From: Octopus vulgaris
Lineage: Eukaryota
Assembly (NCBI GenBank): GCA_951406725.2
Contig: OX597820.1
Span: forward strand, 116,436,001-116,500,000
Length of the DNA stretch: 64,000 bases
Direction: 5' to 3'
Shown here: positions 25,146 to 37,835 of the stretch, piece after piece
Position numbering within the stretch: the stretch's first letter is position 1
How the letters are laid out: every line of letters begins with the position of its first letter
Notes under the pieces: model-generated
The model's input: only the letters and a program-made list of their open reading frames with translations
The model's database searches: none
Told to the model about the DNA's origin: nothing
Program-made: the position numbers and the translations under genes

Positions 25146-26563
25146 TTTAATTGTTATAATGATTAAGCAGCGATATAAAAAAGAATCCCCCATTTCTGTT
25201 ATTCTCCTGAACAAAGTCAAAATTCTCATCGCCTCTTAAAGATGATTTCGTTGAAGGAATTGGAAGTCCAGTTACATAGGCTGAACATATGGAATGGAAA
25301 GTATAAGACAGGGGTATTGTGAGAAAAAAGAAGGGAGACAAACAGAGAGGAAGGAGATGAAGAGAGAAAAGAAGGGAAGAGACAAAGACTTTTCCTTCTT
25401 TTCTTTCTCTCCACCCCCTTCGTCTCTCCATCGCCTTCCTCAGAGACGCTTCCTCTTTCCTGTTAATTTAAGAGACAGAATTGATAATTTTGCTTAGTAG
25501 CGAGACAACAGATGGCGTCGAAAGGACTTAGACAAACTAATCTGACTAATTGATTTACTAAACGATTAAGCTAACATTCGATTGGTTAAATGTCTAACTA
25601 ATAGACCAATAGTAATGATAACGGAAGTGGAAAAGAAGTAGCCCGTATGTTATCATTAGAGATACAACAACAAGACACACACACATAGATAGATTGCTAC
25701 ATGGATACATGCGGATGTACGTACATATGCATGTACGTACATGCATACGTGAAGGCGCGTGGCTTAGTGGTTAGGGCATTCGGCTCACGATTGTAAGGTC
25801 GTGAGTTCGATTCCCGGTGACGCGTTGTGTCCTTGAGCAAGACACTTTATTTCACGTTGCTCCAGTCCACTCAGCTGGCAAACATGAGTTGTACCTGTAT
25901 TTCAAAGGGCCGGCCTTGTCACAATCTGTGTCACGCTGAATCTCCCTGAGAACTACGTTAAGGGGTACACGTGTCTGTGGAGTGCTCAGCCACTTGCACG
26001 TAAATTTCACGAGCAGCTGGGACCCTCGTCGTCGTAACCGACGGAGTGCTCTTACATGCTTACATATAAACATACATGTGTGTGTGAGTGGGGGGGTGTA
26101 TGAATATATATACATGCATATGTGTGTGTGTGTGTGTGTGTGCATGTGTGTGTGTGCATGTGGGTGTGTGCGATTGCCGCCGTTTATTCGTTCTCAAATA
26201 TAGGAAGACGATGCTGGAACGTCAAGCGATGCATGTGTATGATGCTTTTTAAGTGAGAGGCTTTGCTCACAACCAATTTCACTCCCTGAAAAACGATGGC
26301 AGATACCCCCAAAAGACCTACTCAACATTGACTGCCTTGGAACCGCAGGTTTCACGTCAGTGTTTTTCTACTCGTATAGCGATGCCCTAACAAGTACTAG
26401 GGGTCACTCACCCCTGGTGATGTAGGACACCATGCCTACGTTTTGATTCTCATGCTGCTCTGCCGACTGAACCTGTTGTGCCTAACCACTGTTGAAAACA
26501 TGTCAACCACCCTCTGCGCAGCCGCTGCATTTTCTGCATCAAATTCACCAGTATATCGATAAT

Positions 26564-26918
26564 ATATTTCTTTATTGCCCACAGGGGGCTAAACATAGAG
26601 CGGACAAACAAGGACAGACAAACGGATTAAGTTGATTATATCGACTCCAGTGCGTAACTGGTACTTATTTAATCGACTCCAAAAGGATGAAAGGCAAAGC
26701 CGACCTCAGCGGAATTTGAACTCAGAACGTAACGGCAGACGAAATACCTATTTCTTTACTACCCACAAAGGGCTAGACACGGAGGGGAGAACCAAGGACA
26801 GACAAACGGATTAAGTCGATTATATCGACTCCAGTGCGTAACTGGTACTTAGTTAATCGACCCCGAAAGGAAGAAAGGCAAAGCCGACCTCGGCAGAATT
26901 TGAACTCAGAACGTAGCG
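26564..26918 (-). mobile_element. Family-A SINE dimer, 5'-truncated
   Basis: Two units joined at the same junction (~26749). Confidence 0.85.
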
Positions 26919-27782
26919 TTATTGCTGCAGGACCAACCGTGATCCGTGAGAAATAGCAAGACCAAGATTGTGTACACAGTATTGGATGGGGGTTGACTTT
27001 AATGAGTTCATCCGTCCTGTGACAGTTTTGTTTTTCATCTTGCAGGGTTCCCAACCACCCTCCTTTACTAACCAAGCTTAGTGGGGTCGCCAGTTTAGTC
27101 GCCGCCGACCCGACCAAGCAGCAGCTTGAACTGGATTATATGTTAGCAGTAGCGCTCACAAACAACCTGACAAATACATACATACGCACGTTCATAGACT
27201 GATAGATAAATATATATTTTTTGTGACCCTCTTCGGTCATGAATGACCATGGGATTGCACCTAGAAAGTTACCCTCCGAGTCACAAGTCTTGGCAAGGTT
27301 GTTTATGGAAGACCAGCAGTCGCCCGCGCATACCATCCTCTCCTCTCCACGCCACCGATGTTACCCAAGGGAAAGGTAAAGGCCGATACAGCTTGGCACC
27401 AGTGACGCCGCAGCTCATTTATTAACGTGCAAGTGGCTGAGCACTCCACAGACACGTGTACCCTTCACGTAGTTCTCGGGGAGATTCAGCGTGAGTGTGA
27501 CAAGGCTGGCCCTTTGAAATACAGGTACAACAGAAACAGGAAGAAAGAGAGAAAGTTGTGGTGAAAGACTACAGCAGGGTTCGCCACCACCCCTGCCGGA
27601 GCCTCGTGGAGCTTTAGGTATATTAGATCAATAAACACTCACAATGCCCGGTCTGGGAATCGAAACCGCGATCCTACGACCACGAGTCCGCTGCCTTAAC
27701 CACTGGGCCATTGCGCCTCCAGATAAATAGATATAGATAGATAAATATAGATACATAGACAGACAGACTGACAAATAGATAT

Positions 27783-27848
<66 letters not shown>

Positions 27849-27908
27849 CGGTAGTTTGGTAGGTATGTAGGTATGTAGGTAGGTAGCTAGCTAGATAGAC
27901 AGAAATAC

Positions 27909-28109
27909 CTGGTGCGTGGCAAGTTCCTGCGCAATCTTGAAAGTCGCTTCCATTCTTCTTTTCTCCACTGACACAGTATCCGCAATTGTCATTATATGCT
28001 GTACCATTGCAAACATCGTTGCAATCAAAACCATATTTTTGTGTTCTATTAGTCACACCGCCCACGCAGTAACCACAATCGCTGATAGTTGCAGTACCAT
28101 TACATGTCC
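27909..28109 (-). CDS. Exon C (201 bp): Cys-rich repeats GTCNGTATISDCGYCVGG...DCNDVCNG...DNCGYCVSG...DCAGTCHAP
   Basis: Acceptor ctgtttcAG, donor CAG|GTATTT, phase 1-1, open frame with patterned cysteines. Confidence 0.9.
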
Positions 28110-28236
28110 CTGAAACAGAAATTAGTAATTAATGTTATTCAGAGAATAATTATATTTTGCTTCATTGTTGTTAACCACTGTCGAAGAAGAGCGAAAAAAA
28201 AAAACAGATGAAGGACTCAAAATATAAAAATAAAGC

Positions 28237-28315
<79 letters not shown>

Positions 28316-28383
28316 GGAGGGAATATTATTCCAAACTTACAGTGAAAAATTCAATTTAGAAATACTAAATCAAATTTCACAAA

Positions 28384-28427
<44 letters not shown>

Positions 28428-28428
<1 letters not shown>

Positions 28429-29687
28429 GAGGGGCGTTCAATACGTAATGCCCCTGACCCACTTGCAGTTGTTTGATCTAGCTGAAATGTGCACTTATTT
28501 ATACCTCTATAGATTAAGTGGCAAATTACAGCTCTGAACTAATTGTGGTTTCTGATTTACAGGTGTTTGAACTGAGTCAAGTGTGAAATGGAGCCTGTTG
28601 AGTGTCGAGCAGTGATCTGGTTTTTGTATTTGAAAGGACGCACACCACGGGAGACTTTTGATGAAATGAAAGTAACTTATGGAGATGATGCCCCATCATA
28701 TGACCTTGTAAAACGCTGGCATTGTGAATTCAAACATAGTCGGAACTCTGTGGAAACAGCTCCCAGATCTGGTCGCCCCCTTCTGCCGTTGATGAGACGT
28801 CTGTCCGTCAAGTTGAAGCTGCCATTTTGGAAGATCAATGCATAATTAATGTTATAGCCCATAAGGTCAAGATTAGTACCGGGTCTGTGGAAACTATCAT
28901 TCATGACCATTTGCATATGCAAAAGGTGTCTGCCAGATGGATTTCCAGGTTGCTCACACCTTTCCAGAAGCAAGAACGCGTTGAGTGCTCGAGGATGAAT
29001 TTGGAGATGTGCCAAGAAGATGAGTCAAAATTTTTCAAAAGACTGATCACACAGGATAAAACCTGGGTCCATCACTATGATCCAGAGACCAAAGCCCAGT
29101 CAATGCAGTGAAAGCACCGTGACTCACCTCCTCCAAAGAAGGCAAGGGTGCAGCCCTCCGCTGACAAGGTTATGCTCACAGTCTTCTGGGACCAGGACGG
29201 AGTAGTGATGACAGATTTCCTGGCAAAGGGTACCACAATTACAGGAGCCTATTATGCTTCACTTTTGAGGAAATTAAGAGAAGCTATCAAAATCAAGAGG
29301 CGGGGCAAGATCAGCAAAGGCATCCTCCTCCTGCAGGACAACGCTCCGGTCCACAACTCGCGTGTCGCCAGATCAGAAGCACAGGCGTGCAGCTATGAAC
29401 TCCTCCCCTTGCACCCTCTGATTTTCACCTCTTCCCAGCCATGAAGTTGATTTTGAAAGGAAAGCGTTTCCCAGATGATGCAGCCTTGATTTCTGAAGTC
29501 ACGTCGTGGTTGGAGGACCAAGCTGGGGTCTTCTACAAAAACGGTCTCCAGAGTTGTAGCAAACGATGGGAGGAATGCATAACTCTGGGTAGTTCCTATG
29601 TAGGAAAAGACTAATAACTGTGCCAAGTTCCGTTGCTCTACTGCTATGGGAAGTGGGTCAGGGGCATTACTTATTGAACGCCCCTCG
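28428..29687 (+). mobile_element. Full-length mariner (irritans-like), inactive
   Basis: About 37-bp TIRs CGAGGGGCGTTCAATAcGTAATGCCCCTGACCCACTT at both ends, TA flanks inside a (TA)n tract, 1260 bp. Confidence 0.95.
28588..29615 (+). pseudogene. Mariner transposase pseudogene
   Basis: MEPVECRAVI...RSGRP, ITQDKTWVHHYDPETK, VMLTVFWD, LLQDNAPVH, APSDFHLF; frameshifts, a stop and loss of the YSPD segment. Confidence 0.9.
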
Positions 29688-30401
29688 TATATATATATAT
29701 ATAAATTAAATAAAAACCACCTTTTATCAATTCAATAATGAATATATATATATATATTTATAATGTGACCGCGTGTGTACCGTTGGCGATTTGTTTTCCT
29801 CAGTTTTCCCTTCTTTGGATCTTTCCTTTTCCTATGTTTCTGACGAAGAGCTCCGCTCGAAGCGTTAAACCCTCCTTCTTTCCTGAGCGTCCAATAATAC
29901 TATACTTGTTCCACGTCCTCGCGTTGTTGTGTTTTCTCTTTGTGTTTTCATGTTTGGATTAGCTTTGACATTCATTTAACAAACATCCTAAATTAAACAC
30001 CACATGGATTTAATCACATGGATCTTAATCCGCCAAGGTAATTTTTCCAAGGACTATCATTGAACTCGAGATACACAAAGACTTTACAATGTATCGGTGT
30101 ATCTATTTTTTAATTTTTGTATATGTTTATTATTTTTTTGCCAAAAACAATGTAATTTTCGTTTTTCCCCCTCCTCAATTAAAAAAAAAATTTTCTTTTC
30201 ACCTTACAGTTCTTGAAAAGTCGCATTGCGACGAAAACCGGTTGGAATTAATATATATATATTTAAAAAAAAATTTTCTTTTAATTTTCCATACACCCAT
30301 TTTCATTAATATTTACCTTCAACTTAGCATTCTGCCTTTTTATAATTTTTCCTTGCCTATCATTTCTCCACGCGCCGTCAACACAACCCCACCATTTATT
30401 G

Positions 30402-30455
<54 letters not shown>

Positions 30456-31161
30456 AATCCAAACAAGAAAGCACAAAAAAAAACACAACGCGAGGACGTG
30501 GAACAAATATAGTATTATTGGACGCTCAGGAAAGAAGGATAGAAGGAGGATTTAACGTTTCGAGCGGAGCTCTATTGATATATTGCTTATTTAACTGTAG
30601 CGTTACATAAGTGTCTAATGTCTAATATCTCCGCTACCAGACAACGCTATAGCATGGGTTTCCCTTCCTGAAGCTTCAAATGTAATTTTGTTGTTGCTCA
30701 TAGGAAAGATTTTTAGTTGCTGTGTTTCAGACCTAGCTAGCTTCAGCAACAAATAAATGCACATTAACAAAAATATAGATTCGGGTTATTCCACTAACAG
30801 TGCACGGTTTAGAAAGGTAAGACCTACCTCATCTAATAATTCAAAATGGTGCAATTTGTTTTAGAAATATCGCGCCAAAAAACCACTATACGAAGAAATA
30901 CAGAGCAAATGTTGAGTTACAGGCACGGTATCAAATTCTTTGCTATTCTCTTCGGACAAAATGACAGAGCATCATTTGCACACCAACATATTGGCTTAAA
31001 CAATAAAATGTGCGAGATCTGTCTTCAAATTTCTGGACGCTTGCTGCTTTCGTTGTTTGGTATTTCAAACACATATATTAGAAGATAAACGGCGTCTTTG
31101 AAAATCCAAACAGCGAATATTTAGACACAATACAAAAACTTCTTTTCAGAGATTTCGTGTC

Positions 31162-31602
31162 GGATCTTTTCAGTTTGAACGGCAGCTTTTTCTAGCGGAG
31201 TCATATGAAATTGTCACCCATAATTATGACCCTAGTATCGATCTATTGCATTTCAATCTGTTTTAGGGTTAGGGTTTGTTAGGGTTAGTGTTAGGGTTAG
31301 GGTGGGGGAAGGGTATCTTTTTTTTTCTTCACAAATGTAAATAAACCCAATCTGTTTCTTAAACGAGGGACATATTCATACGGCACAGAATCTTTTTTAC
31401 CTCAATAGACGTCAGTGATTGGTTAAAATTGCAGAAATTGAAGAAAAAAGCAACAACAAATATCTTACAAACTATAGAATTTTCTCAATAAAGCCAAGAG
31501 AAAAAGATGTTTTATAAACACATTCTACCAGTATACGAAGTTTAAAATGTTTTAGTTACCTAGAAATTATGTTAAAAACTGCCGTTCAAACCGAAAAGAT
31601 CC
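31162..31602. mobile_element. MITE with GGATC termini and internal TTAGGG repeats
   Basis: TIR GGATCTTTTCaGTTTGAACGGCAG, exact 8-bp TSD ttcgtgtc. Confidence 0.85.
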
Positions 31603-31743
31603 TTCGTGTCATTTTGTTTTTTGAGTCTTTTATTATATAATGAATAACTTTTAATTTAAGAAATATTGCGACTGTATCAAGAAGGTTTTGCAAAAATGTG
31701 TGTGTGTGAGAAAGAGTTTGTATAAGCATGTATGTATTCTTAC

Positions 31744-31838
<95 letters not shown>

Positions 31839-32532
31839 ATGAATGTATTCATGAACTATGCATATGTGTGTGTATATGCGTGTATATGTGCATGAGTGCG
31901 TGTGTGTTGGTGTGTCTAAGAGCAGGAAGAGACCTTTTCTACTTCATAAACGCAGCTCCTTGAGATTTTTGTTCTGCATCGACTTAGAAGCAGAAATACA
32001 GCGAATTGGTAATTTGTCCTTACAATATTACTTCTAACCGGGTGAGTCAAAAATAAACGAAGGCTTCTGAAAATAATTATACAAAGAGACTAATTCAATG
32101 AAACCCTATTTGTAACATCAAGTTAATGAGGGTTTTTTTTTTCATCATAAATCCATTGATTCATGTTCTTGAATCGATATTGAAAATCTATAAGGTAATT
32201 AACATAAATACTGTCTTTGGATTCATTGGTGATCAATAATTACAATAATGAATACATTAGTATTGATATGTTGAGATCTATTCATTGATAGCTAGACTTT
32301 TGTTATATACTTAGACATTGGATAATTTATTAAAGATCTCTATGGATTATCTAAAAGTGATGCTAATATTATGCTAATATCACCAAAATAAACAAAATCA
32401 ATTTTATTTACTTATATTATAAACCCAGCTTGCAATCAAAGGAAAACCACTTAGTGATATTAATGCACGCTGCGCGAGTAAAAAGTACTTTACCTGCATA
32501 CGGTGAAAATGATATTACTTATATAAGCAAAA

Positions 32533-32936
32533 GGGCGGCGAGCTGGCAGAATCGTTAGCACGCTGGGTAAAGTGCGTAGCCATATTTCGTCTGCCGTTAC
32601 GTTCTGAGTTCAAATTACGCCGAGGTCGACTTTGCCTTTCATCCTTTCGGGGTCGATAAATTAAGTACCAGTTACGCACTGGGGCCGATATAATCGACTT
32701 AATCCGTTTGTCTGTCCTTGTTTGTCTCTTCTGTGTTTAGCCCCTTGTGTGTAGTAAAGAAATAGGTATTTACTCTGCCGTTACGTTCTGAGTTCAAATT
32801 CCGCCGAGGTCGACTTTGCTTTCATCCTTTCGGGATCAAAAAATTAAGTAGCAGTTGCGTAACTGACGTCGATCTAATCGACGCCCCCTCTCTCCCCTCT
32901 CCCAAAATTTCGGGCCTTGTACCTAGACTAGAAAAC
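32533..32936 (+). mobile_element. Family-A SINE heterodimer (two tail types)
   Basis: Same junction at ~32765; single 19-bp TSD attacttatataagcaaaa. Confidence 0.9.
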
Positions 32937-33347
32937 ATTACTTATATAAGCAAAAAGAAAATCCAAAAAAGAGAGTCCAAAAGGAGTGGCTTTGTTGTCG
33001 CTGCACCTGCTTGAAATTTCCCGCATATAAGTAAGTACTGTTTCAAGTCCCAGAATTCATAGGGCTGACTATCTAGTTTCCATGACCTATAAATGAACGA
33101 GATCTCAACATTACCTCTGGATGAAATACTGGTCCGTTCAGTGGACGGGAACAACGTGAAATGAAGTGTTTTGCTCAGGAACACAATGCACGTTCCAGTC
33201 TAGGAATCGAAACAATGACCTTACGATCGCCAGTGCAAAACTCTAACCACCCATGCACTCTCACCTCCCTTGTATAACCCCCACCTCCAAACCCCAATGA
33301 AAAAGGAAAGAAAAAAAGACACATTAAACAAGCATGCGCAGTCGTGG

Positions 33348-33580
33348 TTATTTCTTTGCTGCCCACAAGGGGCTAAACATAGAGGGGACAAACAAGGACA
33401 GACAAACGGATTAAGTCGATTACATCAACCCCAGTGCGTGACTGGTACTTAATTTATCGACCCCGAAAGGATGAAAAGTAAAGTCGACCTCGGCGGAATG
33501 TGAACTCAGAATGTAGCGGTAGACGAAATACTGTTAAGCATTTCGCCCGGCGTGCTACCGGTTCTGCCAGCAGGCCGCCC
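33348..33580 (-). mobile_element. Family-A SINE monomer
   Basis: Full head and tail; TSD catgcgcagtcgtggtt. Confidence 0.9.
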
Positions 33581-33718
33581 TAAACATGCGCAGTCGTGGT
33601 TGTGTCGGAAGAAGCTTGCTTCCGGTTGAAGACTCTGGTCGTGTTTTGTTGCGCTCTGTAAGTTGTTATCTTTTATTGTTGAAACTGTTAATTATTGTAA
33701 ACTCCTGTTGAAAATGTA

Positions 33719-34044
33719 GGTACTAGTAGCGTAGACTGAACCCGGTTTGCGCAGACGCGCGTCCGTGCTAGCCAGACGTAGGCAGTCGATCCTACGAGCT
33801 GACTGGCGCATGCACGATATATACGATATATACTTGTATCGATATATACTTGTATATATACGATATATACAAGTATATATCGTATACAAGTATATATCGA
33901 TACAAGTATATATCGATACAAGTATATATCGTATATATCGTGCATGCGCCAGTCAGCTCGTAGGATCGACTGTCTACGTCTGGCTAGCACGGACGCGCGT
34001 CTGCGCGTGTGCGCAAACCGAGTCCAGTCTACGCTGCTAGTACC
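33719..34044. mobile_element. Fold-back MITE (Merlin- or Mutator-type)
   Basis: Almost entirely palindromic, GGTAC...GTACC termini, exact 9-bp TSD gaaaatgta, central 16-bp repeats. Confidence 0.9.
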
Positions 34045-34289
34045 GAAAATGTATTTGTGAACTGTTGCCTGTTTGCAGGTTGTTTATTTGTGGATTCATC
34101 AACGGAGTGCATTTTTTAAAAATTTAGCCTTTGTATCTACTGTTGAACTTCGACCCTTTCTCCTTTTGGGGGTGAAATTTAAACAGTTGTTCCTACTGTG
34201 GTGCACCTGAGCACTGTATACAATAATTTCATTATTATTATTATTACGAGAAATTTATTTTTTGGAATGTGAAGAAAAAAATAGAGAAA

Positions 34290-34447
34290 CAGGAGTAGCT
34301 GTGTGGTAAGTAGCTTGCTAACCAACCACATGGTTCCGGGTTCAGTCCCACCGCGTAGCATCTTGGGCAAGTGTCTTCTACTATAGCCTCGGGCCGACCA
34401 ATGCCTTGTGAGTGGATTTGGTAGACGGAAACTGAAAGAAGCCCGTC

Positions 34448-34531
<84 letters not shown>

Positions 34532-34748
34532 ATATGTTTGTCTGTGTTTGTCTCTCTAGAATTCCTTGACAACCGATGCTGGTGTGTTTATGTCCCCGTC
34601 ACATAGCGGTTCGGCAAAAGAGACCGATAGAATAAGTACTGGGCTTACAAAGAATAAGTCCCGGGGTCGATTTGCTCGACTAAAGGCGGTGCTCCAGCAT
34701 GGCCGCAGTCAAATGACTGAAACAGGTAAAAGAGTAAAGAGAGAGAGT
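34290..34748 (+). mobile_element. Family-B SINE
   Basis: Near full-length match to family consensus seen in this window. Confidence 0.9.
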
Positions 34749-34997
34749 ACAATTTTCTTTTGAAAATAAAAAAACTGTATTCCGCTGTTGTAGGCTATTT
34801 ATTTGAGCTACACCCCTCCAACTGACAGGGGTGGAATTTGAACCTATATTAATTCTAAAAGAAATTTTGGAACTATGTAGGAAAACCTAGTTTTTGGGGG
34901 GTTTTTTGTTTTTGCTTATGGTTTGTGTACGAGTTACACGTGCTTTTTTTGCGCGACGTTTTTTCCTCTCGTGACGGTAGCATTGAAGGTTACCCCG

Positions 34998-35295
34998 GTA
35001 CTACTAGCGAACAGTGGTCCCGGTGCGCGCATCTGCGCAAGCTAGTCGTAAGTAGTCGATCCTACAACGACTTGCGCGTATGTTTGTATTTCAAGGCTGA
35101 ATCCATATCAAAGAAAATTAAATAATATTTTTCGAACAAAGTAAATAAAACGCAAAGTAAATAATTTTTAAAACTAAGTAAATAAATTATTTTTATAAAC
35201 AAACTAAGGTTAGGATTAGGGTTAGAGTTAAAAAATTAGGGTTAGGGTTAGGGCCAAAAAGTCGTTGTAGGATCGACTACTTACGACAAGCTGCC
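34998..35295. mobile_element. Related inverted-repeat element with TTAGGG repeats
   Basis: Starts ggtactactagcg like 33719; ~33-bp inverted repeat gtcgtaagtagtcgatcctacaacgactt; no TSD found. Confidence 0.55.
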
Positions 35296-36478
35296 TCTCC
35301 TCAAAATATGTCGTCATCGGAGATGGTGGAATGCTTGAAGAAGATAGACACGTGTTTGGAGGAAAGAAGTTATGCTGCGGCGACGGAAGAAAAGTCCCTG
35401 AATTCCAGAATGACTAGTTTTATTTCCTTTGTTTTTTTTTATATTCCTCCCGGTTCACATTTAGAAATATCACGTGAGAAGTTTTCATCCATTTATGGTC
35501 ATTCGCTCTTAGGATCTCATGCAGCAAACCCTCCACTTAGTTTTCATATTTTCGTACTCAAGAGGTAACTTGCTTAATGGAACGCTCGTTAATTATACCC
35601 TCATTAACGATCTTTCTACAGTGAAGGCGCATGGCTTAGTGGTTAGGATACTCGACTCCCGATCGTTAGGTAGCAAGTTCGATTCCCGGCGGCGCGTTGT
35701 GCCCTTGAGCAACACGGTTGATTTGTTCCTGTCTATTCGGTTGGTAAGAATGAACTGGACGTGTATTTGAAAGGGACAGCCTTGTCACATTCTGTATCAC
35801 GCTAAATATTCCTAAGAACTACGTTGAGGATACGCATGTCTGAGGAGTACTCAGCCACTTGCAAGTTAATTTCACAAGCAGGCTGTTTTGTCAACTCGAA
35901 CACTCGTCGTTTTAACCGACAAACCGATGCTTCTTTCATTTATTCATCCTCCTCCTCCTCCGGTGTTTACTCTTTATGCTAGTGATTGTACCTACCCATT
36001 TTACCTATATATAGCAAGACCATCTGAGAGAGAGAGAGAGAGTTAAGTGCCTTGGCTACAGGAACAGTGCAGACATCATTGAGGATTCATACGATGTCTT
36101 ACTCTTCACCAGACACTCTGTCATCCTATTAACTTGGTCAATTACATCACAAATAGTCTAATTCCTTTTTACACCCACCTACTTCCGCGTATCCTTGATT
36201 AACAGGAGCGTTGGTTAGTTTAAATTTCTGGGTCGTTGAACCCTCATCAGTCAGCTTGGGTTAATGACGTTTTGAACACAGAACATGATAATCTATAGAA
36301 TAGCTCCTTGCCTATACCAGGATCAATTCAATATTTGATTTGTAAATTACGGAACCCGTATACACCTGTCCATTTATCTATTTTCTCCGTCTACTATTCC
36401 TGGAGTGGTCATAGGGGTAGAGTCCTCACACACCTCCTCCACAGGGTCCTATCAGAAGCAACTGTCATATCACTTTAA

Positions 36479-36896
36479 GGCGGCGAGCTGGAAGAAATGT
36501 TAGCACGCCGAGCGAAATGCTTAGCGGTATTTCGTCTGCCGGTACTTTCTGAGTTCAAATTGCACCGAGGTCGACTTTGCCTTTCATCCTTTCGGGGTCG
36601 ATTAAATAAGTACCAGTTACGCACTGGGGTCGATGTAATCGACTTAATACGTTTTTGTCTGTCCTTGTTTGTCCCCTCTGTGTTTAGCCCCTTGTGGGTA
36701 GTAAAGAAATAAGTATTTCGTCTGCCGGTACTTTCTGAGTTCAAATTGCGCCGAGGTCGACTTTGCCTTTCATCCTTTCGGGGTCGATAAATTAATTATC
36801 AGTTACGCACTGGGGTCAATATTATCGACTTAATCCGTCTGTCTGCCCTTGTTTGTCCCCTGTATGTTTAACCCTTTGTGGGTAGTAAAGAAATAG
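36479..36896 (+). mobile_element. Family-A SINE dimer
   Basis: Junction at ~36711; both units share the ccggtactttctgag variant. Confidence 0.9.
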
Positions 36897-37835
36897 GATT
36901 CCGAAGCATGACCAATTGAGATTATGGATATTCTCCAACCACCTTGTTCTGGTTCTGCCTCTACGTCTCTTCCCGGCTGGCTTGAAGAATCTACTTTGCG
37001 ATTCTTCCTGCGACGGTCTAATTACATATCCATAGTATCAAGGCTGTGACTCTTCTCTGCAGAGAAGTAGCGGTTCGACCTGGAGTGATTCCTTGATCTC
37101 TGAACTAAGCCCACCTTTGAGTAACGAATCTCCAAAGATCCTTCGAAAGAATTCCATTCAGGCCACTTGGATTCGCGATCGAGCTCTTTTGGTTATTATC
37201 CAATATTCAGGACCAAATCCATTCTGTCTTGTGATGGTAAACATACAGGAAACACAAAGCAATTTGGGATTTATCTTTTTTCTATTTGTGCTTCGCTTAC
37301 TTTTTCTTGTTTCCTGCTTTTCGTTCTTCCTTTTTCTATTCCTTATATTCTTTCTTTCTCTCTACTCTCTTAGTCTGTTCGTCTCTCATTCTCCTTCGGA
37401 AGTATCATGTATTTCTTTTGCTTGGTAAGCAGGGCTTATATGGTTTGGTATCTCATAGCACAGCACCAACCAGTCGAGGGATACAAAACTCATGACATAT
37501 CCAGAGGAGACAAAGAAGCAGCTTACGCGTTCGTCGATAATTCTTCAATTCACAAACTGATCGCTTTTGGATTGTTTTTGTAAAAGTTTGTCAGAAGGGT
37601 AATGGCCATGATGGTTCTGGGGATCTCTGGGATTGGTGAGCAAGAGAGAGAGAGGGGGAGAGGGCATGAGAAGGGGAGAGAGAGAGAGAGAGAGAAGTGT
37701 AATTCCAAGGGGACATCAGAAAAAGAGATTGTGTGTGTGTGATATTCATGATATTTTCGAAAAGGGAACAATTCATAAAAGTAAATCGGAGCGACCACAA
37801 ACGCGAAATTGAAACCAAATTAAACCTACAATAAA

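Noticed and set aside
26200-27420. GC-richer segments resembling RTE-type UTRs, possibly with an HDV-like ribozyme
   Set aside because: I could not establish a nested double pseudoknot or firm boundaries by eye; it needs a repeat-library or covariance-model search
31263-31303. True telomere or chromosome fusion site
   Set aside because: Short and degenerate, and enclosed within a TSD-flanked MITE
36215-36260. CUGAUGA-stem-GAAA on the minus strand
   Set aside because: No stem I or stem III pairing; it lies in what looks like a decayed LINE fragment
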